In this document: one piece after another, positions 11,501-18,702 of the stretch | Numbering within the stretch: the first letter of the stretch is position 1 | Layout: the number at the start of each line of letters is the position of its first letter | Source of the DNA: Polyangiaceae bacterium | GTDB taxonomy: Bacteria > Myxococcota_A > Polyangia > Polyangiales > Polyangiaceae | DNA: 64,000 nucleotides | Direction: 5' to 3' | Assembly (NCBI GenBank): GCA_044376115.1 | Contig: JBILLK010000015.1 | Location: 160,001 to 224,000, forward strand | The notes under the pieces: generated by a model | Databases searched by the model: none | What the model was told of the DNA's origin: nothing | Seen by the model: the letters and a program-made list of their open reading frames with translations, nothing else | Translations under genes and position numbers: made by a program

Positions 11501-14091
11501 GCGACTTCCGCAAGGCCCTCGCGGAAGGTCGCTATTGCGGACTCTCCGTCGCTCAGCTGCTCGAGCTGGATTGCCCCGATAGATAGGTAAAGGTCGCGGT
11601 TTCGCTCCGGAGTACCCTTGCGTTCGAGCGCTGCGCGGAACAGAGCCACGCGCTCATGAGGCTTGCCAGCCTTCTCGAGCAACTCGTCGATGCGGTGGAC
11701 GATGGCGTCGTCATCGGGCTTCACCTCGAGTACGCGACGAAACAGCGAAATCGCGGCGTCGCCGCGACCAGCAGAGGCGAGCGCCTCGGCGGCTCGTTCT
11801 GCGAGGTCGGAGATGGGACCTGACGACATCGGCAGAGCGTCGATCGGGGCGGCCAGAGCCATCGCGATCGCGACTGGCGGAGCTTCGTGTTGCGCCTCGA
11901 CGCGCGTGGCCCAGGCTCCCGCCCGCGTCGGATCGAGCGCAAGGACCTCACTTAGCCCCTTCGCGGCAAGCTTGAGGCGAGCCACGGCATCGTCGGGCGC
12001 GAGCAGGTAGTAAAGCTCTTCAAGCGCCTCCACGCGAACCTCAGCTGCGGACGACTCTGTGGCGATTACGCGAAGTAGCGCTGCGAGGTCTTCATGACCT
12101 TCCACGCGCAGGATCGGCGCGAGAACGGCTGCTGCGCGGAGTTTGTGCTCAGGCTGGCCACTCTGTGCGAGCTCCAATAGCTCCCGACGTGCAACTGGCT
12201 CTGACGGGTCAAGACCTAGCACCTCTGCGAATGCGTCGAGCGCGAGGTCAGTTTTACCGCTGGCGAGCAGGGCCGCAGCGAGCTCGGCTGAGACGGCGAT
12301 ACGTTCATCGTCACCGACCATCTCCAATTCCGCCGTGAGTACCGCTGTCCTTTGTTCGAGGAACGCGGGCTCCGCCAGCAAGGGCAGTAGCAGCCCATGC
12401 ACTTCACGCGATGGGCCGTGTAGCGCCAGGAGGCTATCAAGAATTCGGCGCGCCTCTGGGGCGTTGTTCGTCCGCTCGATGTGGAGGACGGCTGCCCGCA
12501 CCAAGAGCTCCCTCCGTTCATCATCGATGGGCATACCGGAAGCTCTTGCCTCCAGCACCTCGACCAAGCGGTCGTACTCACCGCGCGTTTCGAGCAATCG
12601 CTCGAGGTCCGCAGAATCACGAGTAGGGTCGAGCGCAAGAATGCGGGTACGAGCCTGGATCGCTTGCGACATGTCTTTGAGGTCGCCCTCATAAAGCTCG
12701 GCAAGCTGGGTCAGCGAGGAAAGCTTCTCATCTGCATCGTTCGACAGTCTGGCCAGCGCCTCAAGCACTGGAGCCAGCGCCTTCGCGTCTGGCGAGATCT
12801 CGCGCATCACGCGCGCCGCCTCCAACGCCACTTCACTCTCGGCCTGATCAAGCACCGTTTGGAGGATAAGTCGCGCACGCTTCGGGTCGCCGGCCTCGGC
12901 CAAGAGACGGGCCGACTCAAGGTTGATGCGACCGCGCGCTGACGGATCTTTCACTGCAGCCGCGGCGCGAGTCAGCATCTTGCTGGCATCGCCTTGTTTG
13001 CCCAAGCGACGCGCCAGCTCGACGTAGCGAGTGCGCACCTCATCGTCGCCTTGGTCCACCGCGATCACCGCTTCGTACTGGGTGAAAGCGGCCGGGTCGT
13101 CTCCGACATCCCAAAGCAAGGCGCCCAGCTTCTTCTGGGCCTCCGCCTTCTTCGGTCCACGCAGCTGCTCAATCTGAATACCGAGCATCTGAGTAACGGC
13201 AGCGCTATCGCCCTCGGCCTCGTACACCGACTCGAGCGCGTGCGCGGCTCGAGCAGCAACCGATTTGATGCCCAAAAGCCGAGTGGCGACGCGACGCGCA
13301 CCCGCGTGAGTCGGGTCTTTCGCCAGAACCTCTTCCACGTGCGGGACGGCCTTCTCTACGTCGGGCAATTTGTCGTCGTAGAGCTCGATTAGACGCGCGC
13401 GCGCGTCGCTTCGACGCTCCTCAGACACGGGGGGCTCCGCCGCAAGGAGTTGCTCCAACGCACGCGCCAATTCCGGAAACTTCTTCGCGCTCTCGAGCGA
13501 GGCACAGATCGCGGTCAGTGCCTGCTCGGAGCCGGGCTCCAGCTTGAGCAGCATGTTCGCGATTCGCGCCGCCTCAACGCCGTCCTCAGCCCGCTCCGCG
13601 AGCGAAAGCGCCGCGCGCAAATGCTCAAGAGCGATCTCCTTCTCGGTCTTGGGTCCCACAGCGCTCAGGTGCAGCGCGATGAGCCTCGAAGTGTCGTCCT
13701 TCTCGACAAAGATCTTACGCAGTTGCTCAAACGCGTCCGGGTGCCCCGGTACGAGCGCGAGAACCCGTTCAAGCGCGCGTTCAGCAGCGTCGATATCGCC
13801 GAGCGCCCGCATAAAGAACTTCGCGGTGTTCAGGAATATCTGCGCCTGAGCAGGCGGCGGCATGATCTTCACCCGCCGATCCGTCGCGAGCTTCTCGAAC
13901 ACTGCCGCAAGCTCTACGAGCCGATCATCTCGCAGAGCTGCAGATAGCAGCTTGTCCCAGAGCTCGAGGTTGGCCTGCCCGCGCGCCTGCGCTACGACCA
14001 ACAGCTCGACAACTTGCGTTTCATGTTCGAGACCCTCGTCGAGATAAGCTTCGAGGGCCTCAAGGCGGAGCGGCGGACCTTTGCTCTCCAT
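2512..14091 (-). CDS. Giant tetratricopeptide-repeat protein (3859 aa), myxobacterial AgmK-like class
   Basis: Uninterrupted 11.6-kb ORF, Ala/Leu/Glu-rich helical repeats (ALERVLALVPGHPDAFEQL, VLGLDPSEPVARREL); no signal peptide seen. Confidence 0.85.
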   Translation of the reverse strand: MESKGPPLRLEALEAYLDEGLEHETQVVELLVVAQARGQANLELWDKLLSAALRDDRLVELAAVFEKLATDRRVKIMPPPAQAQIFLNTAKFFMRALGDIDAAERALERVLALVPGHPDAFEQLRKIFVEKDDTSRLIALHLSAVGPKTEKEIALEHLRAALSLAERAEDGVEAARIANMLLKLEPGSEQALTAICASLESAKKFPELARALEQLLAAEPPVSEERRSDARARLIELYDDKLPDVEKAVPHVEEVLAKDPTHAGARRVATRLLGIKSVAARAAHALESVYEAEGDSAAVTQMLGIQIEQLRGPKKAEAQKKLGALLWDVGDDPAAFTQYEAVIAVDQGDDEVRTRYVELARRLGKQGDASKMLTRAAAAVKDPSARGRINLESARLLAEAGDPKRARLILQTVLDQAESEVALEAARVMREISPDAKALAPVLEALARLSNDADEKLSSLTQLAELYEGDLKDMSQAIQARTRILALDPTRDSADLERLLETRGEYDRLVEVLEARASGMPIDDERRELLVRAAVLHIERTNNAPEARRILDSLLALHGPSREVHGLLLPLLAEPAFLEQRTAVLTAELEMVGDDERIAVSAELAAALLASGKTDLALDAFAEVLGLDPSEPVARRELLELAQSGQPEHKLRAAAVLAPILRVEGHEDLAALLRVIATESSAAEVRVEALEELYYLLAPDDAVARLKLAAKGLSEVLALDPTRAGAWATRVEAQHEAPPVAIAMALAAPIDALPMSSGPISDLAERAAEALASAGRGDAAISLFRRVLEVKPDDDAIVHRIDELLEKAGKPHERVALFRAALERKGTPERNRDLYLSIGAIQLEQLSDGESAIATFREGLAEVAHDTTLTLALCEALEATGRFTELAEELEKERAHAATPREGAELDLKIAEVSRRGNDLELAAAHYKSALAVAEFLVTDALLDPIEELAKLTVDVGLLIVVAERRVGIADSAAARYRALAHLGALFGERGGDPVRAAESFARAAQQAREAALLTESGEAFERVLTYQPENKTALGALVELNAQAGNGARLLALTKQLVSLSESRDEATAAIDRLRGGAVSPDDVLGLLDQCEARFGTSSETGLIRADILVQTNRESEAVDLLLGLADELEAGPRALALLDEVFAGSVVDPKLIASKRKWLDHRVRSASSGELRERLFELFRFERDVAKDQPRAEAALERLLELDPDDDAALVVRFEFARDAGDWDQAQTTLSRRVDVAVSDDARAERSLELAEYLSQKSEGVLRALFVLEPLQSSHGEHPVFRKVAALALAHEDAAERAVEMLSAVADGLLDVDARAAIYEQLFDNAPKSALGEQAAKLYEAWLVCLDEADPTALKVAARAATALPDHEAFWDRVEELARNQKAPQAVVDAYKQTLASGDQLDPEVALRVGERGVAFQEEWFDDQEALVQMLRRIVTLAPTATWAFERLKLVYNAAERWAELFDLYDEVIRGQSDAESKIMIIEDAVEVAKDLVGDADRAIHYLEQLRTFRPSDAKLATSLERLYERHQKWRALITLLMSRLPHLAEAEVAPMRLRIAGLWDTLEERDSALEVLSPLIAAGDDEAISVVVGWLEQVAPLSTTIPRYVRLSRSLPEQSPFRKRAAALLAPTFKSMGQLTKLATAIQVGLEAELPLPQRLVELRELETVAVDLNDHQLVLDAGLASLLLTPEGPDAELVIDTCSVNIAGERDKVVLLVDALLKMASEATERPRALFLLTQGAKIAREELKDEGRSVTFELAILSRSEGDPSAALAAAKKLDHDLAAMGREAERCAVLEQLGKLALEPSEKRQSLMEAARIADEVIGDRARSLVSLRAWLAVDPKDLEVLSKVIEQLRTLGEFAALADALGERVSLLSDIAAKTKDQVELATIVRKELGDKSRAVHAYRAATVLAPERTDLVDELLVLLREEERFDEFAELVESEVATRQGPSRRATLLAQAGDIERKLGHVEKALSCYSRALTEEPSLAAAQSGLETLVGAMSPSEPTFATGVGVLAKSFESAGQLDRWLSLVPARLLCLSNDLEKCEVLLNAARLEEEVQSNPVRALERTIAAFALRPAFPGAAERLLERAKKTERWDLVAPQLLPALEVRDHVPRGIATELLISAAEWLAGHAPNPTSIENLLRTAHTTEPADADILLKLVAHRRATPGPSLVEALLTLAELEADNLEPLEEAVTVSLRELADTEGAVAIATKLRERAVLKLKVAADATAEDKALWALEVEAEALRKRGDSASLRRHLLELADLPITASHCRSLLLSAAELSTSEEKATLYERVYAADPTDAMAFEELSALYLELDRKPDLARLRSRMAEASSDAAERARLRLSAAELQSELGSRDAAISTVKSTLAESPSHEPSIRLLTTLLTAKDASSELASHLESSAHTVAQGNRGFAISLLEQAATLAETRLKDASRAVRSVQKLVDLEPTAERLDRLATLFQKAAQPRDEATALERLIEIAGPSDELSLRLATAYGKAGFVERAREQLEQAVSEGRGSPRVREVLAEIYRSAGAHAPLAELLEAEANEATDVATKVEKLRAAANLHVHELNDPSRAAELLEAAIVAKPDDLQTLFALADLRRIEGNVPRAREVLAKILAEFGTRKPKERALVHFELAKLALAAGDRTQALTELDAASKIDPTHAGVLSLLGEVSLLEGQFLRANRTYRGLLLVLRSHKGDKPKDATTSKARVLVELAFVAENQREPERKAEFIESAFTTAREDASEFEPLLAALEKRGYTEFYATALEECLKSSELSEERRLSLRIEHAVLLGRKLRRADEGAALALECLTELLTDRDVKAEQAMPTLLGLLAELGRLADVYGKLLSVAKEAHGAARIEYVQQALQLAENDMKDSEKTAEALEELLLAWDDSGEGSSHERRGALSKLDRLLAPNNGSQAGALRHVRVLTRLVELSSSDGETFTEYGPTLYRLLAIHLREADFDEVFDVLDRARSEDPDGDRFERELRAVLALNPGEARFIRLLEDFGRDRGRRQATIDALLMTAESSADPSLCFKEAYELSTELEDPAQSERLLRKLVPASKEDDSADDAWALSALADLRFGASDAKGAADLWERAAAVSDPVEERALIMRVADLADRVLGDSERAIGLYESLRKREPADRELWHPLADLFQRAGDTEAFAALMVETIPLVDDLSERTGLRVALGAMLESKDVDRAASVLAEAIDDEPNNVEAASYLERIYNKLGRHDQLAILLERQLDAAKDASDKPRVVSLSNRIGELREKSGDVDAALDAFHGALDWDEDNLDALRAAVRLHTEREDSVVLGDLLDRLLMREQGDEAVRLALRVADMKLASGDAVGAERALTAGYKSNGRNTELKQRLTNLYSERGDRLGLARLSAGEAQFIQDPKAKKELLLAAAETVKADGDPREAADLYSDAFDVDPDDRDTLFALMDACATTSQHARAIAAVDRALAADAKDAWLLFSRAVLREAVGESDAALDDLEAAYQHSEGQYAAELRAHLEAALSRITTDPSASRRTEGELRRKLAEVLAASGDPGAARTVLDSELARDPQNPELLATLAQIEESAGRDDAAATAYARACAIASGAALSRISLRLYECTVRLGRPSLARPGLERALGSDPNDEAVRAALRSVYEETGAIAELADLIVAEAHCLEDDAARLERLLEAARLLLYSTGDDGTVTAAAAERASRVLEEAKLIQHDSQDVLQLLAEALAVLGRGEEAREIMAGVIASHKSKRSRELGQAYYALYRVEAKGGNLSDAIEALGKAFDNQPQNGSLALELGLLAVDLDEQDVAQRAFRAVTLLKPDGSISTRDRAVAYFHLGSIAVKAGDARRAKLMLEKSLAEDSTLVEARDLIARLG

Positions 14092-14130
14092 TCGAGGAGG
14101 GGTACGTTATCAGCGAACGGACAGTCGGGG

Positions 14131-15027
14131 ATGTTTTCGGCAGACACATCAAAGTTCGGTCGACGAGGCTGGTTTGCCGGAGCTGCCGCCGCCCTCGTGG
14201 GTGTTTGTGGGCCAGACTCCGTTGGAGCCAGTCCTAACTTCCAGACCCGCAGCCTCGAAACAGCGGGCAAACATGCCAAGCGCTTCGAGTTGTTGATCCC
14301 AGCCAAGCCAACAAAGTTGTTGATCGCCCTGCACGGGCTGGGCGAGTCCTTCGAGGAAGAGGCGGGAGCACGGGCCTGGCTGGACCGCTACGGGCTGAGT
14401 TCGAGCTACGATCGGCTGCTGAGTCCACCCCTTTCGCGAACGCACAAGCGCAAAGACTGGACGGATGATCGGCTTGTGGCCGTAAACGGATCGCTGACCG
14501 AAGCAAGCTGGGCTGGGCTTGCCGTTGTCTGCCCGTTCACACCCAACTTCCGCAACGTAAGCAACCGGGCCAAGGCCCTTGATGAGTACGCTGAGTGGCT
14601 CGTTGAAAGCGTGCTCCCAAAGGCGCTCGCTGAGCTTGGCGAGGTTGCCCCTAGCGTCGGCGACCGCTCGAAGTTCGCGATCAACGGCTGCTCAATGGGA
14701 GGGCCGCTCGCGCTCGAGGTGGCTTCTCGGCACCCCAAGGTGTTCGGCAGCCTGGGCGTCGTGCAGGCAGCTTTTGGTGAGCATCGAGCGAAGAGCTACG
14801 CGCGCTTGCTAGGCAAAGCCTTTGAAGACGCCGGAAAAATGGACCTTCAGTTGCTCGCGAGCGAAGGCGACGCATTTGTTACCTCCGCACGCGCCCTCTC
14901 ACATGAACTCGCCACGCTCGAGATCAAGCATCAACTCCTGGTGCTCCCAGGTCCGCATGATCAACAGTGGCTGCGCGAAGCAGGCACGATTGAAATGCTC
15001 CTTTTCCACGAACGAGGCCCAATCTAA
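14131..15027 (+). CDS. Alpha/beta hydrolase (esterase-like), putative Tat substrate
   Basis: LHGLG, GCSMGG nucleophile elbow, PGPHD; N-terminal GRRGWF plus hydrophobic stretch; start moved to ATG 14131. Confidence 0.75.
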   Translation: MFSADTSKFGRRGWFAGAAAALVGVCGPDSVGASPNFQTRSLETAGKHAKRFELLIPAKPTKLLIALHGLGESFEEEAGARAWLDRYGLSSSYDRLLSPPLSRTHKRKDWTDDRLVAVNGSLTEASWAGLAVVCPFTPNFRNVSNRAKALDEYAEWLVESVLPKALAELGEVAPSVGDRSKFAINGCSMGGPLALEVASRHPKVFGSLGVVQAAFGEHRAKSYARLLGKAFEDAGKMDLQLLASEGDAFVTSARALSHELATLEIKHQLLVLPGPHDQQWLREAGTIEMLLFHERGPI

Positions 15028-15456
15028 CTACTGCTTTCTCGACGCTTCATAAAGAGCGATGAAGCGTTCGAGAGAGAGCTTGGTGATGGCCTCACCCACC
15101 AGCTCGAGCGGCAGATCCTCAAGCGTCTGAAATCGCACGCAGGACTTGCCAGCGTCCAAACGTTTTCCGGTTGCCTTGTAAGCGAGCTCAAACCACTCGC
15201 GCAGCCCAGCGTCGCCATACAAACCAGTGAGGTAAACCGCGCAATGGCTCTTCTGAGCCGCGAGCGCAGCCAACATGAGCGGCTTCTTATTGTAGGTCTT
15301 TGGATAGCTGGCTAGGGGAACGACGTAACTCAGCATGCCAAAGTCGAAGGACTCTACAAATCCCTTCGGCAGATTCCGCTGGATTGTCGCGCGCACGTCG
15401 AGCGTTTGCCTGCGCTCGTCGGAGAGCTTCGAAAGGTATTCGTCAATCGCCCGCAT
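15028..15456 (-). CDS. DUF1801/YdhG-like protein
   Basis: IDEYL, FGMLSYVVPL..YP.TYN..PL..AALAAQK, LDAGKSCVRF. Confidence 0.85.
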   Translation of the reverse strand: MRAIDEYLSKLSDERRQTLDVRATIQRNLPKGFVESFDFGMLSYVVPLASYPKTYNKKPLMLAALAAQKSHCAVYLTGLYGDAGLREWFELAYKATGKRLDAGKSCVRFQTLEDLPLELVGEAITKLSLERFIALYEASRKQ

Positions 15457-15546
15457 CCGATGACGCTAACTCTTTCACCGTGAAAGCTGAACTGCATGGC
15501 AGATTCCAGGCTCGCCCCCTTTCGAGTGGCCTGGTAATCACGCGTC

Positions 15547-16497
15547 ATGCAGGTGGTCGTAACGGGCGCGTCGGGTCATGTTGGCAGCGTCTTGGTGCGC
15601 GCGCTCCTTTCGGATGGTCATTCCGTCACCGCGCTCTTCAACTCGGACCGACGTTCACTCGCGGGTCTCTCGCTCGAAGCTCGCGCGGTAAACATCGAGG
15701 ATGGTTCGGCTGTATCCAGCGCAATCGCAGGAGCCGAGGTGGTCTTTCATGCGGCAGCCCGCGTCTCGCTCTTGGCAACGGAAGACGCCGCAACAACGCG
15801 TGTGAACGTCGAAGGAACCCGCAATGTGGTTGCCGCGTGCTTGGAGCACGGAGTGCGCCGCTTGGTGCACTTCTCAACCATTCACGCCCTCGATGAGCGC
15901 GGAGAATTGCTGCGGCCCGGCGAGGGACTTTCGTACGAACGCTCCAAGGTCGAAGCGGAGCGGCTGGTCCTCGATGAGGTTCAACGCGGACTCGACGCGG
16001 TCGTTGTTAGCCCTTGCGCAGTGATCGGCCCGTTCGACTTCAAGCCCTCCTACATCGGACAAGTGCTTCAACTTCAAGACCGCGGGCTGCTGCTGGCGAC
16101 GGTGGCCGGCGGGCAGTCTTGGGTCGACGTACGTGATGTCGCCAAAGCCGCCATTGCAGCTGCTGAACGCGGTAAAACTGGGAGCCGCTACGTCATAAGC
16201 GGCCACTGGCGAAACATCCGCGAGCTTGCCGAGATCGCCAGCCAGGCGGCGGGTATGCGTGCTCCGCTATTCACACTGCCCAAGGCCCTGCTGACCCGGG
16301 TAGCCCCCTTGGCCGAACGAGCCTGTTTGGCGCTAGGGCTGCCAGCGCTGTTGACCCAAGCGTCGATGGACGCGCTCGAGACGAGCCCCCGCCCGATGCC
16401 GCGAACCGCAGAGCAGGAGCTTGGTCACCTTCCGCGCCCGCTCCCCGAAACCTTGGCCGACACCATGGCCTGGTTCCGCAGTGAACGAGGCGGCTGA
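15547..16497 (+). CDS. NAD-dependent epimerase/dehydratase (extended SDR, HpnA/DFR-like)
   Basis: VTGASGHVGS, VFHAAA, VNVEGT, YERSK, VDVRDVA. Confidence 0.9.
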   Translation: MQVVVTGASGHVGSVLVRALLSDGHSVTALFNSDRRSLAGLSLEARAVNIEDGSAVSSAIAGAEVVFHAAARVSLLATEDAATTRVNVEGTRNVVAACLEHGVRRLVHFSTIHALDERGELLRPGEGLSYERSKVEAERLVLDEVQRGLDAVVVSPCAVIGPFDFKPSYIGQVLQLQDRGLLLATVAGGQSWVDVRDVAKAAIAAAERGKTGSRYVISGHWRNIRELAEIASQAAGMRAPLFTLPKALLTRVAPLAERACLALGLPALLTQASMDALETSPRPMPRTAEQELGHLPRPLPETLADTMAWFRSERGG

Positions 16498-16574
16498 GGC
16501 CAACTCCACCCGCTCCACACATTCTGCACGCTATCTCCGCGCGCAACGTCGCTAGCTCAAGCTAGCTTCTCGCT

Positions 16575-17609
16575 ATGGTTTCGGCTGCGACTTCATGGGC
16601 GTCTACCGAGTCACCTTGGCCCAGGCATCCATTTGCTCCCCAAGCAGAAAGTCGCATTGGCGTGCTCGTCAATCGCAACGCTGGCCGGGGCAAAGGTGCG
16701 GCTGAAGCGATCACCGGCGAGCTATCGACCCTCGCGGGGATTGAAGTCAGGAGCACCGCGTCGCTTAGCGAAGTGGACGGTGCCGTGCGGGAGCTGATGA
16801 CACGTGGGGTCAACGTCCTGGTCGTGGCTGGCGGAGATGGGAGCCTCCATCACGCGCTGCAATCGTTGGTGTACGGCGGGCGGGTTTGGCCAGGCGTGGT
16901 GGTGCCGTTACCACGAGGCACGATGAACATTGTGGCTGAGTCGCTGGGAGACCCCCTGCGGCGGACACTAAAATCGCCTTTAGAGTTCTTACAGCGGCTG
17001 ACCCAGCGAACTTGGGGCGCGATTCCTAAGAAGGAGTTGCGCGTGCTCGAGGTAACTAGCCTGGAGAGCCCGCGCTTCGGCTTCGTGTTCGGCTCGCAGT
17101 TGGTCAAGCATGCCCTCGAGATGTACGAGAGCTTTGGCGGCGGCTCTGTTGGGCTTGCGCGTTTGCTGTTCGAGACCACCCGCGGAGCGTTGTTTCAGAC
17201 GGAGCTTTGGAAAAAGGAAGGTTGGCGGTTGACCCCGCCCACCACCACCATCGACGTGGACAGCGTTCACCTTGCGCGGTACTCGGTGGCCTTTGCTTCC
17301 ACCTGTGAGCTGGCAGCGTTTGGCGGGGCACTGCGTGCGTTGCCCTCACCTGGAGCCTCAGGCTTTCCTGTTCGCGTCATTACCGAACTGCGCACACCGC
17401 AACTGATTCGATTGATTCCAACCCTGATGCGCAACACTCAGTCAGGAACGGCAACGATCAGAGAGTTCCCGCACGCCCAAGAGCTGAGCCTTTATGGCGC
17501 CTACACCTTGGATGGGGAGGTGTTTGCGGGGGCTCCGGCTGCACCACTCAAAGTCCGAGTTGGCGGCAGTATAAAGATGATTGGAGCGGAGCGCGTCAAC
17601 GCAACCTAA
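16575..17609 (+). CDS. Diacylglycerol/sphingosine kinase family lipid kinase
   Basis: LVNRNAGRG, VAGGDGS, LPRGTMN, YTLDGE. Confidence 0.85.
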   Translation: MVSAATSWASTESPWPRHPFAPQAESRIGVLVNRNAGRGKGAAEAITGELSTLAGIEVRSTASLSEVDGAVRELMTRGVNVLVVAGGDGSLHHALQSLVYGGRVWPGVVVPLPRGTMNIVAESLGDPLRRTLKSPLEFLQRLTQRTWGAIPKKELRVLEVTSLESPRFGFVFGSQLVKHALEMYESFGGGSVGLARLLFETTRGALFQTELWKKEGWRLTPPTTTIDVDSVHLARYSVAFASTCELAAFGGALRALPSPGASGFPVRVITELRTPQLIRLIPTLMRNTQSGTATIREFPHAQELSLYGAYTLDGEVFAGAPAAPLKVRVGGSIKMIGAERVNAT

Positions 17610-17675
17610 CCCTAACCGCCGCGACCTACTTCGGTCGGATAGCAAGCAATCGAGTGCTCTGCTAGAGAGTCGCCC

Positions 17676-18674
17676 ATGCATGCGGTGGTCACTGGAAGCA
17701 GTGGGTTTGTCGGAAAACACGTCGTCTCGCGGCTCGCAGAAAGCGGGGTCACCGTTACAGCGTTGGACATCGCGAGTTCCGGGACGAGCGAAGCCAACGT
17801 GACGGAGAAGACGGTTGACCTGCGTGACCGCGAATCCGTCAAGAAGGCATTGATCGGAGCTGACGTGGTTTATCACGCAGCGTCCCGGGTACAGACCCGC
17901 AAAACGGGCTCCGACGAGGTCTTCGACATCAACGTCGGGGGAACGCAGAACCTGCTCGATAGTTGCAATGAGCTTGAGATTCGCAAGTTCGTTTACGTCT
18001 CCAGCGCCAGCGTCGTGTACGGCGGCAGCGACATCGAGAAGGGTGATGAATACCTGCCATACCCGACCTCATTTCACGCGCCCTACGCAGAGAGCAAAAT
18101 GAAGGCGGAGGCGATGGTGTTGCGGGAGAATGATCGGCGGGGTGTCTACACCTGCGCGGTTCGGCCACACATCGTGTTTGGGCCGGGAGACAAGCGCTTC
18201 TTCCCAGCCGTGCTCGGAAGGGCCAAGGCAGGCAAACTGAAGGCGTACGTCGGCGACCCAAAGAAGCTTAGCGACTTTACCTATATTGATAACTTAGTGG
18301 ACGGCTTGGTGCTCGCCGCGGACGCCCTCGGCGCCGGCGGGAAAGCCAACGGCCAGGCCTACTTCGTCACGAACGGTGAGCCCACCCCGTTCTGGGAGTT
18401 CGTCGGAAAGCTATTGGACGGCGTTGGCTATGCGCGCCCAACCTTTCGTGTGCCCTTTCCCATCGCCTTCACGACCGCAGCGATTCGTGAGGCAGTTGAC
18501 GCCCTTCGCGGCATCCCGACCTCCGAGGAGAGCCTTACTCGCTTCACCATTCGCTATCTCACGACGCATCACTATTTCACCCATCAAAAGGCCACCGCCG
18601 ACCTAGGCTACAAGCCACGCGTCAGTCTTGACGAGGGCATCCGCAGAACGATCGACCAGCTGAAGCGCGCATAG
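17676..18674 (+). CDS. 3-beta-hydroxysteroid dehydrogenase / NSDHL-like SDR
   Basis: VTGSSGFVG, VYVSSASVVYGG, YAESK, TCAVRPHIVFGPGD, DFTYIDN, NGQAYFVTNGEP. Confidence 0.85.
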   Translation: MHAVVTGSSGFVGKHVVSRLAESGVTVTALDIASSGTSEANVTEKTVDLRDRESVKKALIGADVVYHAASRVQTRKTGSDEVFDINVGGTQNLLDSCNELEIRKFVYVSSASVVYGGSDIEKGDEYLPYPTSFHAPYAESKMKAEAMVLRENDRRGVYTCAVRPHIVFGPGDKRFFPAVLGRAKAGKLKAYVGDPKKLSDFTYIDNLVDGLVLAADALGAGGKANGQAYFVTNGEPTPFWEFVGKLLDGVGYARPTFRVPFPIAFTTAAIREAVDALRGIPTSEESLTRFTIRYLTTHHYFTHQKATADLGYKPRVSLDEGIRRTIDQLKRA

Positions 18675-18702
18675 GTCGGCAGACCTTTGCTAGGCTGAGC
18701 CA

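Noticed and set aside
2632..13947. Many 60-260 aa ORFs opposite or inside the giant TPR gene
   Set aside because: Shadow ORFs expected in high-GC coding DNA; no recognisable motifs
18677..18691. Possible sigma54 promoter before the FG-GAP gene (also at 41883-41897)
   Set aside because: GG-GC spacing is 9 and 11 nt rather than 10; the first is better explained as an extended -10
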